Positions 45,590-61,056 of a stretch of DNA of 64,000 nt are shown one piece after another. The stretch lies in assembly GCF_009914755.1 (NCBI RefSeq), contig NC_060925.1. The stretch is one strand, 5' to 3'. The translations under genes were made by a program, and so were the position numbers. Below the pieces are notes generated by a model. The model worked only from the letters and a program-made list of their open reading frames with translations, did no database searches and was not told where the DNA came from. Source of the stretch: the human T2T-CHM13v2.0 reference genome, Homo sapiens. Within the stretch, counting starts at the first letter, position 1. Each line of letters opens with the position of its first letter.

Positions 45590-46820
45590 GCTTGCATTTG
45601 TTGAACACTTGTTTGTGTGCCAAGCTCTGTGTTAAGCATTTTACATGTGCTCTCTTGTTTGACGCCTATGATGTTAAGCGTTCCTATCCTCACTTTTAGA
45701 TGAGGCCCCTGATGCTTACAGAGGTTGTTACTTGCCCAAGGTCATATAAGGAACAGAGTGGAGATGTCAGTCAGACACTCCATCTCCAGAACACTGTCTA
45801 TAATCACGTTTTGATCACATCTGATCCCCATCCTTACCCCATCACTTCTCCTTCCTGGGCCCATAGCCACAGCCACACTTAACAACCTGTGCTGCTCCTT
45901 GGGCTGTGAATCATGCCCCCTAGAGTTACAACCTCTATACCATTGGCTCCTTAATTCACTGTTTTGTTTTTTTTTTTTTAGAAACAGGGTCTTACTCTGT
46001 TGCAGGCTGGAGTGCAGTCATAGCTCTCTGAAGCCTTGAAGTCTTGGGCTCAAGTGATCTTCCCACCTCAGCCTCTTGAATACCTCTTGAATATGTAGGA
46101 CTATAGGTGCATGCCAGCATGCTGGGCTAATTTCTCTATTTTTGTGTAGCAATGGAGTCTCATTTTGTTGTCCAGGGTGTTTTTGAAGTCCTGGCTTCAA
46201 GCAATCCTTCTGACTTGGCCTCCCAAAGTGCTGGGATTTCAGGTGTGAGCCGCCGTGCCCAGCTTTAATTCACTCTTGCATTTGATATACCCTGGTTTCA
46301 TATTTCCCTAACTGGTCTGTCAACTTCAATACAGAGGAACTTAATTTCTCTATAAACTCCTCCCCACCACCAAATTGTTGGTTGATTGTTTTTTATTTTT
46401 CAGGAACTTCCTTTGGCCTCCACCAAAATGAGGTTTAGCTAAGAATTCTGTAGGGACACTGAATCTTCTTAAATCTCATTGCTTTCAACTAGGGGCCTAA
46501 AGAAGTCCCTGCTTGATCTTGACTATCAAGCATGTTCTATCCCCAACATGGGCCTGCCCCTAACCACATTAAGTAAAATCAGTTGAAAATAGGAATAATA
46601 CATATTGGGATTTCCTTATTTTTAAATAAACATTGGTTTATAAGGCACTTACCATACACATTGTGACTTATCTTCATTATAATCCTATGTAGTAGATATC
46701 ATCCCCATTTTACAGAGGAAGAAAATGAAGTCGAGAAAAGATAGGTAGCTTGTCCAGGGTCCCTGCCGTGAAGTGCAGGTCTGGGACTAGACCCTGCACT
46801 TCTAACTCCACATCCTCCCC
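45590..46820 (-). mobile_element. MIR (~45590-45810), AluJ (45962-46263), MIR (~46630-46820)
   Basis: MIR cores; AluJ with TSD TTAATTCACT at 45951-45960 and 46265-46274. Confidence 0.85.
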
Positions 46821-49269
46821 TGGTGGAGTCCCTGGTTGAGGGCCTAGTTCTGGATCTTCCATGCCAGCCTGTGCTTGGACGTTAGGCTGATCGCAGACAG
46901 ACAAGCATGGGCCAGTCTGGCCTCACTGCCAGCACTGTGCTGACCCTGGGGTGGAAATGAACACCATTTCTGCTCTCTGCTTTCTGTAGGGATCTAGAAG
47001 GTCCTTTTGCAATCCTGGATCCTCTCTGGGTGTAGTGGCTGGAAGCCACTAAGAGTGGAGCCACCTCTCCTGCAAAAGCCACAGCAGCCACCATCCTGGG
47101 CTCCTGGAGGCCACTAGGAAGTGGATGTGGATGTGCTGAGGTGGTGGGATAAAGTACTGCCTGGGCTGTCCACAGTTCCGCTGTCGATTAATATATATAA
47201 AATCTTGTGAGTCATCTGCCCAAATAACTACACAAGGAGCAGATTGGCCAGTATCCAAAAAGAGATTCCTCATGCCTTTGGTGGAGGATAGTACAGATGC
47301 TGATGGGAGTGTAGCAAGAGAAGATTGGCTTATTTGTATCTTAGATCTTGCATTCATTGCTTCTTGGGCTGAGGGGCCATTATATTTCTGTGCTCACTAT
47401 AAGGAGGACCCTTCTTGGGTTTCCCATGAGGAATATAATGCACAGATTGATCTGTGCAGCAACCTTGTATGTTAACCTCTGCTTAGAGTCTGGGAGCCCC
47501 CTGAGGGAGTGAGGAGTGCCCCAGTCACTCACCCTAGGGGATTAGTGAAAAGCCCTGTCTGTATCTATTCCAAAAGCTTCCCTAGATGACCCATTCTATT
47601 CTTAGAGCCCCTGCTTCCTGCCTTGACCCTTCCTGCTTCAGAACCATGAGGCTTTCAAGCTGGCCAAGGGGCTGGGCCTGTGCCCTTGCTGTAGCAGATG
47701 GCAAAAAAGTAACAGGAAAGAAAACAAAATCTTCATTCCATCTTTTATGACTTTTCTGATGAAACCAAAGTGAAGGTTATTTTTTCCCTAGCTGGGTAGC
47801 AGCAATCCCCTGGGGTGCTGGGGGATTGGGGTGTGCAGGCAGCACACTCGTGTGTGTATGTGGTATATGCAGGCTGTCTTGATCTTGCTGTCTCTCTCTT
47901 TCTCTCTTTCTCTTTCTGCCTCCTCATTTCTTTTTTTCTTCTCCCCGTTCACAATTATACTTCTTCTGGCCTTGTGTCCCTTGATCATCTTGGTCACTGT
48001 TCTTCATTACCAGTTTTTCATCCACTTTCCTCTATAATTGCTTGTGGACACCTCCTAGGCTATTTGAGCCATGCCATCTGCTTTCCAGAAACTCTCCTTT
48101 TCGAAAGAACGGCTGGCCTCAGCTTGCTAATTTGGAATAAAAGGACCGTATCATATTGGGCATTTTATTCCTGATTTAAGAAAGGCAGGGAGTTCCACTC
48201 CTAAAATCTTCTTAGGAAGGAAGAGGAGGAGGAGGGATGGGATTCTTTACTTGGAAGAGCTGAGTGTGAAGATGTTGGGGCTGTAGCAAGTGCTGGGTTT
48301 GCTTGGCATCCCTGAGTTCCCTGGCCGAGTTTCTTCCGATTCTGCCTGAACTTAATTAGGTTATCCATTATCCACCTCTATTTTCATCTACATAAGAAAG
48401 ATAACCCAAGTTTTCCCAATTTTCTTCTTACGTTATGTTAAAAATGAAGAGCAAGCCAGCAGCGTGGGTCTTAGGAAGCGTCCTTTGCAAGCCCCTCATC
48501 TCACAGATGAAGCAGAAGGTCATCGGGGCCAGTGAGTTCACGCCGCTCCTCTGACTGCTGGGTCAGTGGCCTCGCCTGCCTCCCAGCTGCTCAGCTCTTG
48601 AAATGACTCATCTGGATCTTCCCTTCTAACTTTGCAGGACAGGGCTTGTCTGCTCAGAGACTTAACCCCGTAGTCCCACTCCCTAGACCATTGTGTTCCC
48701 TGGAGAACTACTCAGGCCATTCACCCACAGAAGCCTTTGAGAGCCCCTGCCCTCACTTGAGAAATTATCCCCATCAGGCCTAGACCTGCAGGGGCAGGCA
48801 CAGCCCTCAAACTGTGGCCACACCCCTGAGGCCAGCTGCACTAGCCAGCTGCACTGGACTTGCCCTTTATGACCCCTTCATACCATACGCCTGGGTAACG
48901 CAAGACCCTCCCCAACCTGCAGAAGCCACAAGCAGTCTTCCCTCTGAAGGCTGATCCTGACCCATTACCCTACCCCACAGCCTGGAGACATCCAAATGAC
49001 CCCAGCACACAAATGGCCCTTCTCTGAGTGAGTGTCCTCATGGCTGGAGGCCAGAATCACACTCCAGCTTGCTCCTGTGGTTCCAAAGACTCCCATTTGT
49101 AAATTCCTCCGACATGAAGATGCAATGCCAGCCCATCTGCTCTGCCAACCTATTCTGCAAGATGGGAATGAAAATGACTTGGCAACAGCAGATCCCTGCC
49201 ACCCCCTTAGAATTCTTCAGGGCCAAACTGGCAACAGCCTGGTATCTCTACGAAGAGTGCAAGGGAGCC

Positions 49270-49710
49270 CACATTTTGACTAACACCTACTGTGTGCCAG
49301 TTGGTATCTTAGGTGACAACAACAATAGCTAAAATGAGGGGAGAGCTTATTATGTGCCAGGCACTGTGCTGGGGCTTTATATGCAATATCTCATTTGGGC
49401 TTTATCACAATTCTAAAAAATAAGTGCTATTATAAATGTTTATTTTACAAGTGGGGAAACTAAGGCTCAATAAGGTCAAGTGTCTTGCCTAAGATCACAC
49501 ATCTAGTAAAAGGCAAGGTCTGGATGTGAACCCAAACTGTCTAATCAAACACCATCTCCTAGTATCCCCATGACCTTGTAGGGGGTGTTATTATCCTCAT
49601 TTTACAGATGAGAGTCTGAACAGTTAAGTCAATTGCCTAGGATCCCACAACCCGTCAATTACAGAGTGGGATCCAAACCTGGTCTTGCCAAGCTCCAAAT
49701 TCTGTGCTGT
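49270..49710 (-). mobile_element. tandem MIR copies
   Basis: tatgtgccaggcactgtgct..gaaactaaggctc; attatcctcattttacagatgag. Confidence 0.85.
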
Positions 49711-49969
49711 CTCCACTATCTTGCTGCATGAGTCCTGGCAGCTGCCCTGGGCTGGACAGGAGTGGCTGGATGTGGCCTACTCCCAGCAGCTACCAGAGGC
49801 TGCCAGCCTCCTGCAGCCACAGCGCATTCCTGCTCACGCCCTGAGGCACACAGAGCTGGCATCCTGAGACCAAGCCAGGTTCCTAGCCCTAGGGCAAATG
49901 AAAGACCTCCTGCAGCCTGAGTGCACCTCAACTTTTGTATTTGAACTATCATGAGCACTTTAAAATGTT

Positions 49970-51290
<1,321 letters not shown>

Positions 51291-51307
51291 TAAATTTGAT
51301 GAGCACC

Positions 51308-51601
51308 TTTTTTTTTTTTGAGACAGAGTCTCACTCCGTTGCCCAGTCTGGAGTGCGGTGGCATGATCTCCACTCACTGCAACCTCTGCCTCCCAGGTTC
51401 CAGAGATTCTCGTGCCTCAGCCTCCTGAGTAGCTGAGATCACAGGCGTGTGCCACCACACCCGGCTAATTTTTGTATTTTTAGTCGAGACGGGGTTTGGC
51501 CATGTTTGCCAGGCTGTTCTCAAACTCCTGGCCTTAAGTGATAGGCCTGCCTCAGCCTCCCAAAGTGCTGGGATTACAGGCGTGAGCCACCATGCCTAGC
51601 C
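51308..51601 (-). mobile_element. AluS; MIR (+) follows at ~51655-51900
   Basis: Full reverse dimer; flanking repeat ATGAGCAC. Confidence 0.94.
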
Positions 51602-52278
51602 AAATGAGCACTTTTTAATCCCAAAACGTAAACTCTCTATGCTTTTCCTGCTGGAGGCAGTGTGGAGTTGTGGTTGGGAGCACAGGCTTTAATAAACCAA
51701 CTGAGCATGGGTTCCAGATCTCCCATCAGTAGCTCCACAACCCATAATTCAGTTACCTGGGCTCCTGAGTCTCAATTCTCTCATCAGTAAAAAGGAGATA
51801 ATTATGAATCCATGTCACAGAGGTGTCGTGGGGATTCAATGAGATCATCTTAGCACAGTACCTGGCACAATAATCATTCAGTAAATTAGCTGTTTTATTA
51901 CTGTTGAAAAATACATTATGAAAGCCTACTACTACTCATTCAAAACCAGTTTCTAAAGAGAGACAGTGAGCAGGAAGGAAGTGTAGAGAGAATTCCTGAG
52001 TATGCGGATGATGCTAGTTACAGAGGGGACTTGCCACTCCCCACACACAGGTCTGAATTCTCATGGGACCATGACGGAAAGCCCTGGAATGCTTTCCGTC
52101 AGCCCTGGGAGGGGACAGTAACTGTGAATCAGCCCAAGGCCCAAAGGGAGCATCCAGAGGAAAGGGTGGGTGGAAGAGAGAGGGCTGGCCATCAGCAAAC
52201 CTCTGCAGGCTGAACACCCAACAGTCTTCCCTGCCATGCCAGGAGCCTAGCTGCTTTGCTCTGTAAAACCTAATAGAA

Positions 52279-52460
52279 CAAGCTTGTCCAACCCACGGCC
52301 CATTGGCCACATGTGGCCAAGGGGGACGGCTTTGAATGTGGCCTAACACAAATTCATAAACTTTCTTTAAACATCATGAGTTTTTTAAGTGTATTTTATG
52401 TGTGCCCTAAGACAATTCTTCCACTGTGGCCCAGGGAAACCAAAAGATTGGAGACCCCTG
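52279..52460 (-). mobile_element. MER30 hAT-Charlie MITE
   Basis: Termini caagcttgtccaacc ... aaagattggagacccctg; 8-bp TSD (T/C)AATAGAA at 52271-52278 and 52461-52468. Confidence 0.9.
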
Positions 52461-52593
52461 CAATAGAACTTTCAAGTGAAGCAATTCAACTCAGCTGGAT
52501 GGCTTTTGTTTCTTTTCCCTTTTTGTAGCAGGCTGGTGAGAGGAGATGGAAAAGTTTATTTTAAAAACTCAGCTCCAAGACTCCTTTTGGTCC

Positions 52594-52668
52594 CATTGTA
52601 GCTGAGTAGGCTTCAAGGGAGGGGGCCGCCTCATTGTAGCTGAGTAGGCTTCAAGGGAGGGGGCGCCT
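52594..52668. repeat. tandem duplication, 38/37-bp unit x2
   Basis: CATTGTAGCTGAGTAGGCTTCAAGGGAGGGGGC(C)GCCT repeated head to tail. Confidence 0.97.
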
Positions 52669-53498
52669 ATCCCGTACTTTGGATGGAGCCCTCTTGATAT
52701 ACTAGAGACTGTGGAATCCTGCCTTGAGCATCCCTGGGCTGCAGAGGAGCCCTTGGAAGGGGCTTGGAGGCATGGAGCCTCTCCCTTGGTGACTGAAGGC
52801 AGATACTGAGACCGGACCAGAGATGTGGACTTCAGAACTGGGGCAGACACCATTCTACTATATTCATAATATATTAATTCTACCTTCTGCATTATAACTT
52901 TCTTTTCTTCAGATTTTCTCCTTGCTGAAATGGATCTGAAAATATCAAGCAGCAAACAGATATATTCAACCACTCTAGATAAAGAAACAAATTTTAAGTA
53001 TTTTTGATGTGTCATGTTCTAGGATAGGTTGGGTTGTTAAAACTGGAGAAGACAGATACCCATGGATAGAGATATGGAATTATAATAGATTTCATAGCTC
53101 CAGTTAGAGACAGGAGGCTCAGATTGTTAAGTAATGGCTTGGGCAGGAGAAAGTCTCATTCTTTGCCCTTTGGTTACTATTTTAGGGAGCTTGGACAAGT
53201 CACTGAACCTTAATGAAAATATTCAAGCCTGGTATGCTCAGAGCCTCCCTGGATGACAGTTTGTTTCCATTTTTGCTTCAAGGTCCTGATCTATATTTAT
53301 CAATCCCTCACAATGTTGCCCCAGTGGTATTGGTTTACGGAGGCATCATTCATTTATTTGTTCATTCATTTACCGGCATTTACTGAGTACCTACTATGGG
53401 CTAGGGGATGGAGCCATGAATAACACATGGTCTGTGTGCTCAGCAATTACAGTAGAAAGAGAAAAACATGAAAAATGTGGGTATTTTAAAAGCTCTCG

Positions 53499-53824
<326 letters not shown>

Positions 53825-56259
53825 TCAAACACCTCCTGTCTCTCCTCCAGGAGGTTTTTGTGTAAACTCTACTCAAATGCCCTTGGCTACCTCTGGCCAC
53901 CCTCTGACTAACCCTCCTTACCCCTCAAACCTCACACTTTGCCTGGATCACTTCTACTGACCTCAGTTTAAATGTCACATCTTTGGGTCAGATTTTCTTG
54001 TCACCTGCTCTCCTAGAACCCTTTTCCTCTTCAGCATTTATCACCCTAATAAATAATAAGCTGGAGCTAAGATAATAATGGCTATGGAATATATGTCTCC
54101 CCTACTAGACTGTAACCTCCATTATGAAAGGACTCTTTTGATTTGGTTCATTCCTAAACCCTGAGCACCAACTGCAGGGCCTGGAATACAGAAATAATGA
54201 ATGAATGAATATGTCCAAGATGTACTAAAAAAAAAAAAAAAAAGAGGGAGCTGCCAATTCTGCCTGAATGGGGGAAGGTGCATGGTGGGGAAGGGGAGCT
54301 TCACAGGGGGTTTTCTGGAAGTGCCCAGGGTGAAACTGTGCTTGAAGGAAGCTCAGATGTCAGTTTTTCAGATTGTGCTGTCTGTATATCTAGGCATTCA
54401 TAAATACTTTCTAGAACTTTGTGTAGTGTTTTGCAAATGTAGTTAAACAGATTTGTGAATTCAGTAATTTATAAAAACTTAAGCTTGTGTTCTTCTGAAT
54501 CCCTTTATTTTTCTTCTGCCTCCGAATTAGACACTTCCCCTATGCATTAATTCCAAGTACAGTCAAAGATTAAGTAAGGAAATGATGTGCATGAAAAAAG
54601 TTCTGCATGTTTGCTAATAATCTAATGACTGTGACATCTAAACACTGGAAACACCTTGATTTATGGATAATAGGGCTATCTAGAATTTTCAAGGGATCAT
54701 GGACAAATAATTATAGGCAATTTGATCAAGTGACCATGTAAGACCATTGGTGCAGATACAGACTGATTAAAGTGGAAAAAGTTCTTTTTTCTTCCTAGCT
54801 TCCTGCTCTGCCATTACCTTGATAATGTGAGCCAAGGCCTATTGGCCTCCACAGGACAAGCCCTAGGCTGTAGTCTGGGCTTGCTTGAACCTGCCTGACC
54901 TGTCACTTCAAGGCCAGCCCTGATCCTCTGAGAATGGGCCTGGGAACCATCAGAAATTATGTCTATTTGCAGCAGGCAGGGCCTCTTTTGGTCTCCAGCA
55001 TAGCCCTTGCCCCATCTGCTCTTTTCACTTTACATGGAGTACTAGGCAAAGTGGCTTCCTCTTTGGGTTTTGTTACATACTTTAACCAAGACTGTGCATG
55101 CAAATGGCCTGGCATGTACTCGGTGCTCAGGATGTTGCAGCTACTGAATTATTATCATTGATTTCTTCTGCGTGTGACCTGGATCCACAAGTCAAATGCA
55201 AAAATTTGTCTTGACTGATGGTCCTCTCCTGTCTCCCTCCAGTACCCCCTCTTGAGGCTTGCAGGGGCAGGGACCAGAGGGCCCAGCACCATGTCCTGCT
55301 AATGCTCACTCCTGACTGCAAGGGAGTCAGGGTTGGGAGACGCTGTAACAGGAGAGGCTACAGCTGACTGGGATGCAGACCGGGGGCTGGGTCCTTAGGA
55401 AATTTGTTCTAATCTTAGAAGGTATGCCCTGGCTTCCTGCTGCAGCCTGAAGGACAAGTGTCCCAGACCTCAGGACACACACGCACACGCACACTCACAC
55501 TGTCACTTGACTCCTGCCTGGGAGGCAGGAATGGCCCCTAGTGAAGGGTACTTGTGTGGGCCTCCAGGTGGCTGTAACATACCCCAGGACTCCAGGCAAT
55601 CCTGGAAAGGTGGCTCCTGGAGACCAACCACCCTTCAGACTCAGAGGAGCTCTCTGTGAAGTCAATTTTATTATTGAACTAACCAACAGTAGAGAGTCAG
55701 AGTAGTGCATAACAGGGAGATTCTGAACTTACCTTGGAGAGTAACAAATCGTACATTTACTTGTTGGCTTAGGTGAGTAAATCCATCTAAATCACCCATG
55801 CCAGCTATGAAGAGACACTTCTTTCCCACTCTTTCCCTTTGCAAAAGAAAAAAAAAAAAAAAAAACCACTCGAGCTGTTCAGAGGCTGCCAGACTGACAA
55901 GGTTGAGTTTGATCGGCAGCTCTGCCCCTGCATGCCTGCTGGTGGGAAAAGGAAAGAGAAGACAAAAATGGTTGTGTGTAACCCCCTGAGGCATTGCTGC
56001 CTTCTGCCTCTTCATCCCAGCACCCTCTCCATCTCCTCTGCAGCCTTTGCTCACCCTCCCTGTCTTCAGCCTCTGCCATCACCTTGTAATTTGAGCCAAG
56101 ATTCACCCTCAGGTTTGTCTGACTCCACAAATCCCAAGCAGGTGCTTCAGGGTCTGCCGTGGGCCCTCCACTCTGGCAACTCACCCTTTCTGAGCACTCC
56201 TCCAGTCCTGCTCCTCCCCTCGGCTCCCCCTCTCTGTAAATGACACTCCTCTCCACCCA

Positions 56260-57800
56260 GAAGCCAGAGCCAGAAATCTGGGCATCATCTTGACTCCACC
56301 CTGCCCCACCCATCAGTCCCCAATTCTGGTCAGTCCTTCCTCCTAAATTGCTTTTGAGTCCTATCAACAATCTCCCCTCCACTAACCATACCCCCATCCA
56401 GGCCATCATCCTCTCTAGTTTTAAAGACTCCTGAAATCAACAGAATATTGACTCCAACCCTGTGGATCCAAGCCATCCTTAAGATCTCTACTTATTTTCA
56501 GATGGACTTATCTGCTCATGGTCACCACTGGGCCCAGTTTTCTGCCTCTGCTGAATCCCTATTCTCCGTTTTCTTATAAAGAGGGAGCCTCATCTGCTCT
56601 GCTCTGATGAATCCCTAGCGCCTGGCCTAGGGTCTGGCATGTTGTAGGGTCTCATTAATAGCCACTGAGTAGTTCATTCAATAAACTCCACATCTTGAAG
56701 CCATTCCTTTACTCCTCTAAATGTGGGCTATGCTCTTGATTCTCACTCTACATGTCTAAAAAGCACCCACAAATAGAAGGCTTCTGCACACAGTTCAACT
56801 TTTACTGAAGGTCTGCTGATACCACACAGCTAACAATTCTAAATCAAGGATTTGAGATCCTGATCCTCACAGTCCTTTCAGCCATCCCATTGCCAGAGGT
56901 TCTTTCTTTCTTGCCATTTCACCCCGGAAGGGGCCAGCCCTTATCCATTTCTCAGCTCTCCTTACACCTGCTCTCCTCCACACTCACTCTTCCCAAATGC
57001 AGCTCCCAATTCCCTTGGCAGATCCAGACCCCACAAGAAGCTGAACCCAGTGAAAAGATCTTCTGCCACCTTCTGCAGGAGGCAGCATAGTTGCCAACTT
57101 GCTCATTTTTTACCTTCCATGATAGTTGCAATGGCCTCTAGACTGGGCTCTCCACCTCCTGAAGACCACTCCTGAACCCCAGGCCACACATGTCTTACCC
57201 TGCAGCCATAGGCATCTTGCAAAAATAAATCTGTGGTTTTGCTTTTTGCTTAGAACCCTCCAGTGACCTCAGATGGCCCTCAGGCCAGAGTCCCAACTTA
57301 GGCAGCCTTTCATGCTCTGGCCTCATCTTGCACGCATGCTTACATGACAGAACTTGTCATTCCCTGAGGCTCCCCTGGCCTTGAACTCCTCAACTGTGCA
57401 GCTCCCTCGTGAGAATGACCAGCTCTGCTTACCCTTCAGGCTTGGCCAGTTTGTTACTTCCTCCTGGAAGTCTTCCCGGGTGCCTCTGGCCAGGTTGTGT
57501 GCTCCTGCTGTGCATTTCACCATGTCCTTCTGCAATCATAGCACCCGCAACTCAATGTCAACTCCTCCTCCTCCTCCTCCACCTCCTGCTCAGAAGGCCT
57601 CTTGTGACCTCCCTTGCAGAGGTGGAGGCTGACACTCTCCATATTAGCACCACTCACATACTATACATTCACTTGCTTATTTGTTTACTGCCTAGCTCTC
57701 TCCACTGGAATGTGAGCTCCAGTGATAAGCAGTGACTTTCTCTTCTTCCCCACTATGTTCTCAGAACTCAGAACACATCGTGGGTGCTTGCAAATACTTG
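56260..57800 (+). mobile_element. dispersed L2 fragments
   Basis: agccagaaatctgggcatcatcttgactcc; tgcttagaaccctccagtg; ccactggaatgtgagctcc. Confidence 0.6.
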
Positions 57801-57810
57801 ACCGACTGAC

Positions 57811-58291
57811 TGTATTAGTTTCCTATGGCTGCTGTGACAAATGTCCACCAACTTAGTGGCTTGCACTATATGAACTTATTATCTTAGAGTTCTGGAGGTC
57901 AAAAGCTCAAGATGGACTAAAATCAAGTTTTTGGCAGGGCTGCATTTCTTCTGAAGGGTCTAGGGAAGAAACCATTTTCTTGCCTTTTTCAGCTTCTAGA
58001 GGCTGCCTGCATTTTTGCTGGTTTGTGGCTCCTTCCTCCATCTTCAAAGACAGCAATGGTGGGTAGAGTCTTTCTTGCCTCCCATCACTCTGACTCTCAC
58101 TCTTCTGCCATCCTCTTCCACTTTAAGGGCTCTTGTGATAATATGGGAGCCACTGAATAATCCAGTCAGCTGACTGGCAGCCTTAATTCCATCTGTAAAC
58201 TTAATTCCTCATTGCCATTTAATCTAACATATTCACAGGTTCCAGGGACTAGGATGAGGACATCTTTGAGGGCCATTATTCTGCTACCATA
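57811..58291 (-). mobile_element. MLT1D-like MaLR solo LTR
   Basis: tgtattagtttcctatggctgctgt..ggccattattctgctaccata; perfect TSD CTGAC at 57806-57810 and 58292-58296. Confidence 0.9.
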
Positions 58292-58399
58292 CTGACTGAC
58301 CTATCATACTTTACATACTTGCTTAATTGTCCCTGTTCCACAGTAGGCCATAGACTCCAGAGGTGTAGACCATGCTCATCCTGTCCTTCTCTGTGTATG

Positions 58400-59650
58400 T
58401 CTCATCCAGGGTGCTTTCATTCATTGTGTCTTTAGAGCCTCACAACTATCCCGTGATAGTTGGGATAGGTAAGGCAGGTATTTTGATCCCATTTTACAGA
58501 TGAGGAGGCTGAGACTGCAAGAGCTCATGTGATCTGACACTCAGGAAAGAGGCAGATCCAAGACGATGCTCAGGACTGACCTTGCGTTCTTACCAGCAAG
58601 CCTCTGAGAGCTCCCTGCATTAGGCAATGGGAGAGCATATGAAAGATAGCAATAAGCATAATTATAAGAAGAAGAGAAGAAGAACAAAGAACAGAGGAGG
58701 AGGAAGACATGACAATGATTCCTTTTTAACAGCACTGCCTTAAAAGAGCAGCAGCAGATTCCCTCCATTTGCCCAAGGTTTTCAGAATGGATTGAAACAT
58801 AGATTGATAACTATCTGCTTCCGCGTAATCCTTCTAAACAGCAAATCAGATAACTTCCCTCATCATCTCGGCTTAAGAAATGAAGTCCACATGTTGCAGC
58901 ACAGCCTCAGTATAACAGCTTTCACCAAGCACTTCCCATGTGCTCAGTGGGCACTTGAGGTATGAGCTGGCACCGAGGAAGCTCACAGTGAGTGTTGGCT
59001 ATGATGGCTGTTATCATCTTAGATACTCATCACCACACAATGACACAGGTATTGCCCACCTGATTTTACAGATGTTGAAACTGAGACTCAAGAAATCAAG
59101 TGACTTACTCAAGGTCACCTATATAGCTAATGAGTTCTGGAGCCTGAATTATAACTTGCATATGCCTTACTCTGGACAAGCCACATCTTTCAATTTCTCT
59201 ACCTTTCTTTTTGCTTAGACCATATTGAACTAAAGTTTCCCATAGACATCATGCCCTTCCATGCTTTTGACACTTTGCGTGTACCAGCCAGCCCCTGTGC
59301 CTACAACATGCCTTCCTCCTTCTCCCCTCATGCCCACCTTCTCTCCTAGCAAGCTGTTATCTGTCCTTCAAGACTCTGCGTAAGCATCACTTCCTCTGTG
59401 AAGCGTTCCCTGATTCACCTAAGCAGGTTAACTACCCCTTCTCCTGAGCTTCCATTGCAGTGTTATGCATTTCCCAATTGCAGCAATGGCCTGTTTTCAT
59501 TCTGATAGTTTTATTACAAGTCTGCCTTTCAACTAGAGTAGAAGCTCATTGAGCTCTAGGACCATGAAACTTCATCTTTACATCCCCACATCTGACAAGT
59601 GTCAGGCCCATAAGGTGTTCAATAAATATTAACTGAATGAATGAATAAGT
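58400..59650. mobile_element. MIRs (-, ~58400-58600 and ~58990-59170) and L2 (+, ~59240-59650)
   Basis: cattttacagatgaggaggctgag; gttcaataaatattaactgaatgaatgaa. Confidence 0.75.
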
Positions 59651-59944
59651 GAACAGCCATGGACTGACTGCCCCCTCAAGCCAGACCCTTCACAGGTACT
59701 TGACATGAAACTCACCCTGTCTTCCTCACAGACCTATAAGCCCTCCCAGTGGTGGGTTGGAAGAGACTGCTCAGATGTGTCTGCAGCTGCAAGGCATGCT
59801 GGAGGCAGGGAAGGGCTGAGCCTGTGGGTGGAGGGTGCTGAGCATGAGGGAAGGAAAGTCACGAACATGGAAGTAAAGCCAATTTCCCTCCATTGGCCCC
59901 TCCTACCCACAATCCAACAGACTGGCTGTAAGGACCTGACAATT

Positions 59945-60376
59945 TTTAAAAATAACAGTTTTATTGAGATATCGTTTACATACATGTCACCTATTTAAAG
60001 TGTACAATGAAATACTTTTTGGTATGTTCACAGACTGTGCAACCACCACCACAGTCAATTTTAGAACATTTTCATCACTGAAAAAGAAGAAAGCCTGTAG
60101 GCTTTAGCTATCACCCCACCTCCTGTCTTCCTATCTCCTCTAGGCAACTATTAACCTACTTTCTTTCTCTCTGAATTTGCCTATTCTGGACATGTCATAA
60201 CAATGAAATCACATAATATGTGGTCTTTTGTGATGGGCTTCTTTCACTTAGCGTAATGTTTTCAAGGTTTATCACATTTACTATGTATTAGAGCTTCATT
60301 CCTTTTTATAGGTGAAAAATATTCCACTGTATGGCTGTGTCACATTTTGTTTCTCCATTTGTCAGTGAATGGACAT
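59945..60376 (-). mobile_element. L1MA/MB 3' end
   Basis: ttttattgagatatcgtttacatac..ttttagaacattttcatcact..ctttcacttagcgtaatgttttcaagg. Confidence 0.88.

Positions 60377-61056
<680 letters not shown>

Noticed and set aside
52594-52668. 37-38 bp direct repeats as a CRISPR-like array
   Set aside because: Only two adjacent copies, no spacer, eukaryotic context, no cas genes.
52569-53015. 148-aa minus-strand ORF spanning the tandem duplication
   Set aside because: No recognisable homology, promoter or splice context; chance ORF.
55671-56409. 127-176 aa ORFs on both strands
   Set aside because: Partly L2- and A-run-derived, with no domain or coding signature.
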